A DNA stretch of 64,000 bases, taken from assembly GCA_025603075.1 (NCBI GenBank), contig MU626325.1, positions 40,645 to 104,644 on the forward strand, in the 5' to 3' direction. Made by a program: the position numbers and the translations under genes. The notes below the pieces were generated by a model. That model saw nothing but the letters and a program-made list of their open reading frames with translations, was not told the DNA's origin and made no database searches. This stretch comes from Neoconidiobolus thromboides FSU 785. Its lineage: Eukaryota > Fungi > Entomophthoromycota. Below, piece by piece: positions 53,548 to 64,000 of this stretch. Each line of letters begins with the position of its first letter. Within the stretch, counting starts at the first letter, position 1.

Positions 53548-55800
53548 TTAAAAATTAATTTTTATATCAAACTCATTATCTTTCTTAACTTCTTGAACAA
53601 TAACATAAAGTATACCATTACGATCTAATTTATCATAATACCAACCGTCAATATTAAGATTCATGTTATTAATATCTGGTTTATTATTTAATTTGTTTGA
53701 GTTATTAAATTGAACTGATTTAGGTTGATTATCCAAATGAATAGTTAAATAATAGGGTCTTTTAACAGTAGCATTATCAAAAGTACCTAAAATTTTACCA
53801 ATTTTAATCTTAATATTATTATTAGATTCAATATTTAAAAAATAAGTTTGTTGAGTAAATTGATTATTTTTAAATTGTCTTGTAACATAATCATCTTCAT
53901 ATAATGTAAATTGATTATTACTGTTGACTTTTTTAGAAGGATAAATATCTAATATAATAGCATCAGTAGAATGACGTTGTTTATAATTATTAACTGGATT
54001 CCACATTGGTATGATAGAATTTTCTTTAACAAATAAAGGTAATATGTCTAATGGAGCATTATAATTATTTAGTGTAATTGGGCCTTCATATACTTTGCCA
54101 TTCCAATAATCAATCCAATTACCTTTAGGTAAATAAATATCATCCCTTTTTAATTCGTCTTTATAAACTGGTGCTACTAAAAATGAATTACCAAACATAT
54201 ATTGATATTTAGTAATCTCCTTATCCCAAGTATTTTTATCATTAGGAAATTCTAATAACATAGAGCGAACAATAGGAACACCCGTATTATGAGCTTCTTT
54301 AGCAAAAGTATAAATATAAGGTAATAATTTGGATCTCAATTTTAAATATTTTCGATTAATAGAAGTACCAGGTTCACCAAATCTCCAAGGTTGCTTATCA
54401 AATTCAGCCCATCCAGAAACAGCTAAAAAGGTGGGTGAAAAGACTTTAAATTGTAAATCTCTTATATAAGTAATTGGACTACCATCACCAATTCCATTCA
54501 AATCAGAAGATGTATAAACTAAAGAAGATAAACCAGAACCATGAATTGTAGGTATATGGTAACGAATAGTTTCAAAGGTACCATATTGATCACCTGACCA
54601 ATGAATACCACATTTTTGTACACCTGCCCAACCTTCAATTGACCAAACTAAACCTCTTGAATTTGAATAATTCTCAATTCCATTATAAGCTTCATTACAG
54701 GCATTAAAACTAAATTCATAACCTGGTCCTACCCAAGTACCATCTAATTTATAAGCTTTAACTCCTAAATTAGATACTTCATTTGGTAATTGACTTAAAT
54801 CACTATTAGTCCATAATCCAATACTGACATTTCTGTATCTCATTGCTTCATTTGTTTCATTTAATCTTGTATACCCACAATTAAAACCATCATTTAATAT
54901 CATATAACCTAAAGGTAAATCATTTTCAATATAACCATCTGCTACTTTAGTAGAATCAATTAATGTATCTTTTGGTGGTCTACCATTAGCTGTATTATAA
55001 TAACAATCAGAATCTCCTAATTGTAAACCATAAATTGGGGGCATAAATGGACGTCCAGTTAAATAAGTGTATTTATTTAATATTTGTTTGAAATTGCCCA
55101 AAAAATAATAAGCATCTAAACGTAATTCATTATGAGTGAAATTTAAGGGAGAATTAAAGTCATAATTTCCTGGTGAAAATGTATTTCTAAACACCCCATA
55201 GCCATTAGTACTCATGTAAAAGGGTACTGGATTAGGATTATTTCCATCTACATAATTGTAATCTGTAGTTATATTAAGTTTTGTATTACGATGACTAAAT
55301 CGTCCATTTTGCATACCACCACCAAAATATTCCTCTTCTTTTAATTGTTTTAATAATTGAGTTGTACTATTTGTATTCTTATTAAATTCAATAGAATCCA
55401 CTTCTTCAAAGATAACTTGATTAGAATTATTTAATAATTTAATTTTAATAGGTTGATAATTGATAAGTAATTTAAATTGAGTATTAAGATTAGTAATTTG
55501 TAAATGATTTGAATTTTTATAGGCAATGACTTTAGTAGGTGTAAATTTATCAGTTACTACTATTGGGGTTTTTAATTCACTAAAATCATGTTCAGAATCA
55601 ACTCCTTGAATACGTAAGATATTATCTTCAAGCCAACTTATTATTAATTTATGATTGTTGTTACTAATAATTAATACTTTATTGTCTCCTATTTGTTTAT
55701 ATTCTTTAAAGTTATCTAATTTACTACCTTGTACTATAAGTATTATAATACAAAATAAAAAGAATAGTAAATTATTAAAGTAAAGTGGATTAATTAACAT
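53548..55800 (-). CDS. Secreted glycoside hydrolase family 31, resembling bacterial alpha-N-acetylgalactosaminidase-type GH31
   Basis: Signal peptide; YFGGGMQNGRFSH, PNPVPFYMST, LNDGFNCGY, KLDGTWVG (nucleophile), WSGDQ (acid/base), IRYHIPT; intronless. Confidence 0.85.
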   Translation of the reverse strand: MLINPLYFNNLLFFLFCIIILIVQGSKLDNFKEYKQIGDNKVLIISNNNHKLIISWLEDNILRIQGVDSEHDFSELKTPIVVTDKFTPTKVIAYKNSNHLQITNLNTQFKLLINYQPIKIKLLNNSNQVIFEEVDSIEFNKNTNSTTQLLKQLKEEEYFGGGMQNGRFSHRNTKLNITTDYNYVDGNNPNPVPFYMSTNGYGVFRNTFSPGNYDFNSPLNFTHNELRLDAYYFLGNFKQILNKYTYLTGRPFMPPIYGLQLGDSDCYYNTANGRPPKDTLIDSTKVADGYIENDLPLGYMILNDGFNCGYTRLNETNEAMRYRNVSIGLWTNSDLSQLPNEVSNLGVKAYKLDGTWVGPGYEFSFNACNEAYNGIENYSNSRGLVWSIEGWAGVQKCGIHWSGDQYGTFETIRYHIPTIHGSGLSSLVYTSSDLNGIGDGSPITYIRDLQFKVFSPTFLAVSGWAEFDKQPWRFGEPGTSINRKYLKLRSKLLPYIYTFAKEAHNTGVPIVRSMLLEFPNDKNTWDKEITKYQYMFGNSFLVAPVYKDELKRDDIYLPKGNWIDYWNGKVYEGPITLNNYNAPLDILPLFVKENSIIPMWNPVNNYKQRHSTDAIILDIYPSKKVNSNNQFTLYEDDYVTRQFKNNQFTQQTYFLNIESNNNIKIKIGKILGTFDNATVKRPYYLTIHLDNQPKSVQFNNSNKLNNKPDINNMNLNIDGWYYDKLDRNGILYVIVQEVKKDNEFDIKINF

Positions 55801-56543
55801 AGCTGAATTAATAAATAGAACGAATACTATTGTTTATTTTTAATTATTAAGTAAATTACTTTCTTTTTATACTTTTAATTTTTAAATGTTTTAAATGTTT
55901 TAAATATTAAATAATTGTTATTTTGAACCATAAGTAAAATAAAAATCAAATGATTTTGTTATTAAATACTGATACTATTTTTTATTTCTTATGTAATAGT
56001 AGCTTTTAACTAAATTTATCTTATTTTAAACTATCGTATTTATTTGATTTTTTGAAATAAAAAAAGCGATATTTTATTATTAAAGTTAATATCCTGGTCT
56101 AGCATTTTACTTAATTAACATAAAAGCTGTCTTTTTTTAAAAAATAAAGATTTATAAAGTAATATTCCATTTTAAAAATGTGAATGATTCATAACTACTT
56201 GTTTACCATAATATTGAAATTAATAGAATAATTTCTAGTCTTTATAATATGACGTTGATTATAAATCATATTTGTTTTAATACTAATTCTTTTTTTAAAA
56301 TGAAAATAATTTAATTTAATTTAATAATATATTAAATAAAGTTGATTATAAAATTAACTTGATTGAAAATACTATTGAATTCTAACTTAAATTAGTTTTG
56401 TTCAACTTCATTTATTCTGTCTATTAAACTTGGAATTATGAATAAGTTAATAGTTAAGTTTGCTTAGATAATTAGAACTATTAATTTTATTATTTTAATA
56501 TTATATAATAAACATTAAATAATTATTAATATAAAATAATAAC

Positions 56544-56648
56544 ATTTGAGGATCTATTTTTTTGTTTAAGAATTTTATTAGCAATTTTTCCGCTTAAATA
56601 GCCTTTAAAAAATGGGAAAAGTAATAAAATCAAAAAACATCCCTATTT
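56544..56648 (+). mobile_element. MITE family A copy 19
   Basis: Non-palindromic direct repeat ATTT/ATTT flanks the TIRs. Confidence 0.8.
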
Positions 56649-56819
56649 TTAACCATCCAAGTTGAAAACAAAGGTGTTGGAAAATTATATTTACTTATTA
56701 CTTTAATTTTAGGTTGATAATATTTTTTATAAAAATTAAATTATTATTAAATATATAAAGTGATAAGAAGGTATGATTTATAGGTAAATGTTAATAAAGC
56801 ATATTATTTTTAATTATCA

Positions 56820-56822
<3 letters not shown>

Positions 56823-56878
<56 letters not shown>

Positions 56879-56890
56879 TATTATTTATTA
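56823..56890. repeat. (TTA)n microsatellite
   Basis: Direct reading, ~18 perfect units then decay. Confidence 0.9.
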
Positions 56891-57172
56891 TTTATTACTT
56901 ATTGTTATTTTTATTTTTGAATTTTGAATCTTAATATAGAAATCAGTTTAACAAATCCCATTTTTTTGTAAACATAATTTATAGTCTATGAAATTTTATT
57001 TATTATTAGATGAAATAAAATAATAATAACTTTATTTGATATTGTTTTCAAATTAGTTGATTTTTTTGAAAAATACAGTAATCAAATATTGATAATTAAA
57101 ACTTTAATATTAAAACTTTATATAAAACTACTTTTATTTTCGAATTCGAGCTATTAATATTTTATTTTATTA

Positions 57173-57635
57173 TGTAGAATCTGGTATTCAGTGATTGGAG
57201 TCAAAAACAGCTATTGCCTGGTTGACCACAATATAGGTTGAAAGGTCTTAGTTTATGTGACTAAGATAAACTTGAATCATGAACAATAGTATTAATAAGC
57301 TATGGACTATGTAAGACAAATAGAATAGACAATACTAATGTAAAATCTACTTAAAATATTGTTAAGTAAACTTAATGGCTTTATTAAATTTTCGAGATAT
57401 CAAGAAATAATTCAGTTAAAAAGCCTTGGGCTATTATGTTTTAGAATCTCTTTTATACTCCATCAAGCATAGATATCAAAAGGAGAGGATAATATTCTCT
57501 GAGACGAAGATAGAAATTCTCATAACAAATCAAAATAAGAGCGTTGGATTGATTGTCTCTAAACTCGAGAACACAACAACTTAAGTGACTACTATGCTAT
57601 AATCAATCGTGGAGCTGACAAAGCTACTTTTCACA
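57173..57635. mobile_element. Solo LTR, copy 2
   Basis: TG...CA termini, ATTA on both flanks, alignable over its full length to 48495-48978. Confidence 0.7.
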
Positions 57636-58478
57636 ATTACACGTTTTACCTTAGTTAATTTACTTTACTCAATATATTATTTAAATCATATTATTTAGAT
57701 TAAAATAAAGTTAAAATTAAATTAAATTAAAATTAAGAGATACAATGCAAACTGTAAAATATTGTTTTACCAGTTTATAATTAATTTTAACATAGTAACT
57801 ACTTAAATTTATAAAACTAATTTTTGTTTTATAGTTGATTTAACTATAATTCATATATAAATTTAACTTGTTTTAGATGATTTTGCCACTGAAAGTTATT
57901 ATATGGGGTTGTCTGAATTAGTTTCATTATTTCATCCAATTTTTTATTAAAACAAAAGTACCTGGACAGTTTTAAATCATTCTATTATAGTTTATACTGT
58001 AAGTTAGTTGAATTTCTACTAGATCTTAAATACATATTCTTATAAAACTTTATTGAGAAATATTTATTATTGATCACTTTATAGCCAACATTGCAGATTT
58101 GCTACCAAATAAATAAACTACTTTAATGTTATAATTACCTTATTAATATATTGCTAAGTTAATAAATAGCTACATAGGAGGGACCGGTTAGCCCCAAAAC
58201 TATAATTAACCATCCCTATATAGTACAAGTAATAATAGTTTTTACATATTATTACAGTTACTTGTTCTTTGACTATTTATTAACTTAGCTATTAATAACT
58301 TAAGTAATAATAACATTTAACAAGCTATTTCTATCATTCAACAAACTACTTACTTGCTTAGTAAATATCGAAATTTTTAAAGTCTCTGTTATCTTCGTAA
58401 GGTAAGCTGGGATCGATCTTTTAATTTTTCTATTTTCTATAGACTCTATAACTTTAATTGGAACTATATCGCTTTTTT

Positions 58479-60082
58479 TTATGCATCAGATACTGGATAA
58501 CAATGTAGTTTATTGATATGATTAATAAAGCGTAAATACTTCTTAATGCCTTGCATCTCTATTATTTTTTTTATTTTTTTATTTTTTTCGTACTTTTTAA
58601 AAATTATATCTGTTTTTCCATTATTTACAGTCGAGTTATTAATTTTATTATGCTCGCAAATAAAAGTCTCAAATCTTGAAATTAATTGATTGATGATATC
58701 CTCTATTTTATCTAATGCTTCAAAACCACTTTTCCATTTTGAAAGATTTCCAAAATGTCCATTAGCTATACTTTTTCTATGATGCTCAGTAAAAAAATTA
58801 AGATTAACATTCAAACTACTATTTATTTTATGAATTTCTTTAAACATATAATGTAGGAACTCCTGGGATCTAAAATGATTTTCTGTATCTGCCCATATAT
58901 TAATTTTTGTAAACTTTTTAAATAAAAGCTCTGTAGAGATTAAATCGATTAAATAATCTCCTGCATATGGGAGTGTTTTTTTTTGGCTTCATTACTTTTC
59001 TATCTTTTAAGCGCTATTTGAGTGGAAAAATTGTTAGTAAAATCCTTAAATACAAAAATATATCCCCATATGCTGAATCATGATTCAATATTTCAGGTAA
59101 ATAATCAAAGTAAACTTCGCCTATTGTTTTATCATCTTTTAAATATAAAACATCAAAGCCTAATACTGATATGGCTTGTTCATTATAATGATCTAGATTT
59201 ATTGAATCTGGTCTTGTTCCTATTTTCATATTTTTTTTAAAATCTAAAATCATTATACAACTTCTGTTATTTGATTTTTTAATAGTTTCATTAAATGTGT
59301 TTCTTTGAGTATCAACACAGAATTTATATAATCTGTATAGCTTTTCTTCTTTATTAAAAATTTCTTCTACCTCTGCTTTGTTTTTTATTGCTGTATTTAT
59401 TTTATTTTCAAATAACTTTTTTCTAGCTGTATACTGAGCACATGTATTACATAGATCTGCTTTTCTTGCTGCGTTTTTGAAATTACTTAGTATATATTTA
59501 AAAAATGTTAATCTAGTTACTGCTTTATCTTTTAAATCATTAAGATACTTACTACATATCATTCTTCTACTTTTATTTAGTATATATTATTTGATGGATG
59601 TTTATTACCATTATTTTTTTTATTGAATCTTGATGAAATAGTTGAATCATTTATTAAATATTGTATAATAGTTTCAATTTGGTCATCTTTAATTTTTTTG
59701 TATTTTTAACAATAGGTTGTAGCGTTGATATTTTATTAGTGTTATTACTTGTTTTTGAATAATCATATTGATTTCTATTTATATTAAACCCAAAACTTTT
59801 ACATTCATCAAAAGAATATACTGAAGCTATAGTTGATAATAACGCTACTTGTTGATTTTTATTTCCTATTTCCCTTAAAGCACTAATTTTATATATTGTT
59901 TGATTAAGTTTATTATTATCGATAGTAAACTTTGATAGTGTATCTTTTCTTTGTTTTGTTTTATTATAAAATTCCATAAACCCTGGGTTATTATAAGTAG
60001 CTCTTGAAACTGATGTAAATGAATTACAATATTTATATCGTGTACTCCTCCCTATTGTATTGAAGTTTTCGAAAAATTCCAT
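58479..60082 (-). pseudogene. Decayed DDD-type DNA transposase, Sola (Sola2)-like, interrupted by a MITE
   Basis: Fragments give DLCNTC, ILDFKKN, WAD..NHFRSQE (after removing the MITE) and FFTEHHRKSIANGHFG; frameshifts in A-runs near 59560-59690. Superfamily call is from remembered motifs. Confidence 0.7.
58965..59071 (-). mobile_element. MITE family A copy 20 (inside the transposase)
   Basis: ATAT-flanked; removing 103 bp fuses ORFs 59014-59562 and 58479-58847 in frame. Confidence 0.9.
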
Positions 60083-60215
60083 TTCGAAGTTTAGTTATAA
60101 AAGTTTGCATTTTGTTTTTACTTCGATAAAAAATAAAGTCAAATAACTCTATTTATATAATTACATAATCGTATATCATATATATATTAAACATTTAGCA
60201 GAAACAACATAAAAA

Positions 60216-60322
60216 ATATGGAGATATATCTTTTTGTTTAAGAGCTTTACCAACAACCTTTCCGCTCAAGTGGTGCTTAAAAAATGTAAAAACTCATAGA
60301 ACCAAAAAAAACAATCCCAATA
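60216..60322 (+). mobile_element. MITE family A copy 21
   Basis: Left ATATGGAGAT, recognisable core, right AAACAATCCC. Confidence 0.75.
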
Positions 60323-61479
60323 TTGAGTTAAGAAAAGCACAATTTGTAAATTCTAAAATTAAGAGATAAATCTCTAGCTATCCGTTTAGCCAAAAAACAA
60401 TCAACATAAATGGAAGAGAAAAAATATTTTAAAGTGTTTTTAAAAACAATTAGTATATATATACGATAGTCTTAATTAAATATATAAGACATACTTAAAT
60501 ATCGGCCATGCTAGTGTTAAACTTTATTTAGTTGATGTTTAGTTGATATAATTTCAGTATTAGTTTTTTTTAGAACTACGTCCCCAAAGCAGTATTTATT
60601 AGAAATTCACAAAATCAATTAATGAGTGAGAGAACTTTGGAAATGATAACAGAATCTAAACCAAAAGAATCCTTCAAAAAGATTTTTAGCTTAGATTTAG
60701 ACTTATCGAGTCTAACATGAGATAGAAAGAGTTCCCGAGCCAAAAAGGCCTTATATTCTTATGATGGCCCATACCAAAACTAAACCTTTCCAAGCACCAA
60801 AGACTATTTCACATTATTGATGATGAATTAGCCAAACAACTGAGATTGAGAGTAGAGGTAAGAAACTAAAAGAGCATTAGGAAAACAAAGACGTAACAAA
60901 AAACAACTTCTTGTCCCAGGGCAATCTAGAAAATAAGACGATATTTACTAATAGTTTTTTATCAGCGGCTCTGATTAAACTACCTGAAAAAGCTTTTAAA
61001 TATTTAAAAATTACAAGGTCTTTATAACTAAAAGAACAAAAGACAAATAGGAACATACGGGTTATGATAAATTCATCCTTTAAGCTATCTTTCTTACTAT
61101 CATATAATAATATATTAAAATTTTGGTTATCCTAAAATTTTTGTTATAAAATAGTTTTCTTTAGTGTATTAGTCATAATCAAAGCTTAGCCTTTATAGAT
61201 TATCTGAAAAATTAAAAGGCCAAAATTTATAAGTTTCAAATTATATAAAATCAGTCTATTGTTTCTTTTTCGATTAAAATTATAATAGTTAGGCTACTTT
61301 TTTAAAATATTTGATTCATCATTTTCAACCTGGCCACTAATACTTTTTACTAGTATTTAATCAAGTCTTTAAATTACCTAAAATATTTGTTTTCATAGCT
61401 TTTTCTTAAACAAATATGTCATTTTAAATTGCAAAAATTATTATAAAACAATTTTATTATTATAATTAGTTTTGTTGAT

Positions 61480-62912
61480 TTATTTGACTTTAAATAATCC
61501 GCTTATTAAATCAATATCCGAAGCATTAAAAGCAGCACTATAGATAGTTTCATTAGAACTATACAGCCTATCACTCTTATCCACAGTTTTGAGAGTAGTT
61601 AAAGTAGTAAGCTTAATTACACTTCCAAGGCCATCTCCTAATATTTTGTATTTACTGTCCGTTTTTTTATCATAATAAGACAAAATAAAGATAAGAATTA
61701 TGAATAAATTGAAATAGATTCTAGGAGTAATATTTGCAATTGATAGTAAATTGGAATTAACTGTATAGTTTTTTTTATTGTATTCATTCCATCTAAATTA
61801 TCTGTGCTATATTTCTCTTTTTGAAATTTTTAGAACTATTTCTAGTCACACTGTTTACCTCCTCCCAATTTTTAATATTTAGTATCCTACTTTTTTTTAG
61901 AAGACCCACTATAACCTCTAGAAATAAAGGAAATAATAAGTAAATCACTACAGAATGAATAACTGGATCCATAAATTTGGGAATTTATTACCTTTTGAGT
62001 TCATTTAAATGTATCTAAATTTAATAAAGCGTGATTTTACCACTTTCTTTAGACACAAACATTTAGAGTATATTTTTTATGAGTATGGACTTCTCATAGT
62101 TTATTTCATTCATTGTTTTGTTGTTCAATACTATATCTTTTATTTCATTATTGTTAAAATGTACTTTTTTCATTTTATTTGTTAATAGTTTTTTGCTATT
62201 ATTATCACTACCACTTAACAGGCGAAACTTTCCTTAGTATATAGAATATATCTGTATTGTATTCGTAGACAATTTGATATCTATTTATTGAAATAAGCCA
62301 GCTTCAATACTATATATGATTAAAGGAAGACGTATTGAAGTAGTGATGTTGTTCTCTGTAACAGTTTGATGACCATATAAAATAAATTGACTACTTACTA
62401 CATTATCTTGTAAAAAGTCCAAATTAACTATGTTATTGAAGTTCAAATTAGTATCTATTCTTATACTTTTTAGAAAGTTCGATAGTTTGGTATTTGAGCT
62501 ATTATCACTAATCTGAATATCATTATCGGTGTCATAACAAGACAACCCAAAAGGTCCATTTTCTTTAGATGTGGTGATATTTTTACTCTCATTTTTATCA
62601 CTCAACCAGAAAATATTTGGTTTATACAATATTTGACTTAAACCAAATCACGCAAACCTATCACAAGCCCCTATTCTATCACTTAACTTAAAGCTTAAAT
62701 TTAAATATACTCTATATATCTCTTGGTTTTCCTTGTATTTCTCGACGCCTTCTAAGTAACCATAGGCATCAATACAATATGTTATATGCCCTACTGATAC
62801 ACAAGTGTCATTTGCTAATCGAGGTTGGTAAGCTTAGACTTTGTAAATAGAAAGAGCAATAAAGGAAACAAAAAATGGAGAGTTATAAACAAAGACGAAA
62901 AGGATTCCTCAT
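61480..62912 (-). pseudogene. Decayed type-I membrane protein gene (Kelch-like ectodomain, TM, tail)
   Basis: Signal-like start, CVSVGHITYC, LNLDTFK, RILNIKNWEEV, hydrophobic stretch then YYDKK; stops and frameshifts. Confidence 0.5.
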
Positions 62913-63271
62913 TGTATTGGGTTGCTTTAATTTGGACCTTTTTAAATTTATTATCATCACAATTATATTACCCTATTTAATTTAAATATTACTCCTTTAG
63001 AAACTCCATTGATACCAATATTGAATATCCTTAATTAAGTTATTCTTGAGTGTATAACTGATGGAAAATAAATAATAAAATACCTACAATTAGTTGCTAC
63101 TTTTTAATCTTTTTTATGTAAAGGTAAATTTATATTACAAGGTTCAGCTTTTTTTGGTTATTTATTGAATGCTTTTATACAGGAATGCCTTTCTTATTGC
63201 ATTTTTTGTTCTTTTCTATATAGTGTTTAAATTAGAAAATAAGTTAGAGTTCTTAAGCAAAAAATATCACT

Positions 63272-63375
63272 GTATGAGGATGTACTTTTATGTTTAGCAA
63301 TTTTACTAGCAATTTTTCTGCTCAAATAGCGCTTAAAAAAGGAAAGTAATCAAATTAAAAAAAAAATTCTCGTAT
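63272..63375 (+). mobile_element. MITE family A copy 22
   Basis: Non-palindromic direct repeat GTAT/GTAT flanks; core conserved. Confidence 0.75.
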
Positions 63376-63631
63376 ATTTCATTACTTTTCTGTACAAATT
63401 CAAAAAGGCAAAGGCATAAGATTACAATAATATAAGACTTACGAGAAATAAAGAATTGATTTTAACTATAAATTTGCTACTACAACCAAAGATCTGCTTG
63501 TTTTTCTTTATATAAAAGGATTGGAGAAGCATTTGTAATTATCTTTTTTTAAAAAGCCTGCTAACAAATTGCCCAACTTTATTTTAATATAATATTAAAA
63601 CTAGACAATTTCAAAAGACGTCTAATTGATT

Positions 63632-64000
63632 ATGATTACTTTTAAATGGAGTAAAAGAGTTGTCAACTTTCAGATCTTAGAGTTAAGTTGTTTGATTTCA
63701 TATAAGGATTTAGTTATTACTTCTTTTGGTAGTAGAAAGGATTCTGAGAGTTCGGGGCAAACAAGGATTTTTAATATTAGAACTTGGGAAGAGGTAGATA
63801 ATGTACCTGGAAATAATAGCTCAAATATAGAAAAGAGTGATATAAGAAAAGATGACTCAAAAAGAAATGATTTACTAAAAAAACAAGAGCCAAATTCGCT
63901 TAATATCCTACTAATTGCAGATACTATTGGAAGTTTATTTTTTATCTTATCGATAGTGTTTACCTTACTTTTCATTTACTATAAGAAAAAAAGGAATAAT
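63632..64000 (+). pseudogene. 3' fragment of a paralogous Kelch-like membrane protein gene, open to window end
   Basis: ITFKWSK...DLVITSFG...TRIFNIRTWEEV...TM...YYKKKR aligns with the minus-strand copy at ~61700-62050; no 5' part visible. Confidence 0.55.

Noticed and set aside
57901-57945. Partial MITE-like end as the boundary of the Sola element
   Set aside because: Too decayed, and no matching opposite terminus could be identified.
8431-63375. The ~100-bp repeats as a CRISPR array or structured ncRNA family
   Set aside because: Copies are dispersed in both orientations with TSDs, there are no regular spacers or cas genes, and the inner stem shows no consistent compensatory covariation.
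63670-63975. Minus-strand 101-aa ORF
   Set aside because: The plus-strand frame is the one homologous to the neighbouring membrane-protein pseudogene.
1-64000. tRNA, rRNA or telomeric repeats
   Set aside because: No tRNA box motifs, rRNA-like GC-rich tracts or telomere arrays seen by eye; tRNAscan/Infernal were not run.

Overview
Very AT-rich eukaryotic DNA with short GT-AG introns. The gene content points to an early-diverging fungus, probably Entomophthoromycotina (Conidiobolus-like); this placement is inference. Housekeeping genes include a slicer-type Argonaute, UBC13, a ZGRF1-like helicase, LAMTOR2, COA6 and MDM31. A large secreted set includes an M14 carboxypeptidase, two class-3 lipases, a bacterial-type GH31, Cys-rich proteins and a Lys-rich protein. 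The most notable unannotated structure is a dispersed ~100-bp MITE family: at least 22 copies with GGGGATG termini and 4-bp target-site duplications, mostly ATAT. One copy sits inside a decayed Sola-like transposase, and removing it restores the reading frame. Copies show two-strand CpG decay. The window also holds an inverted duplication of a maltose-acetyltransferase + Argonaute block, whose Argonaute pseudogene keeps a 165-bp tract 98% identical to the intact gene. Two solo LTRs and several pseudogene paralogs are also present. Exon boundaries, alignments and family calls were made by eye without database searches.
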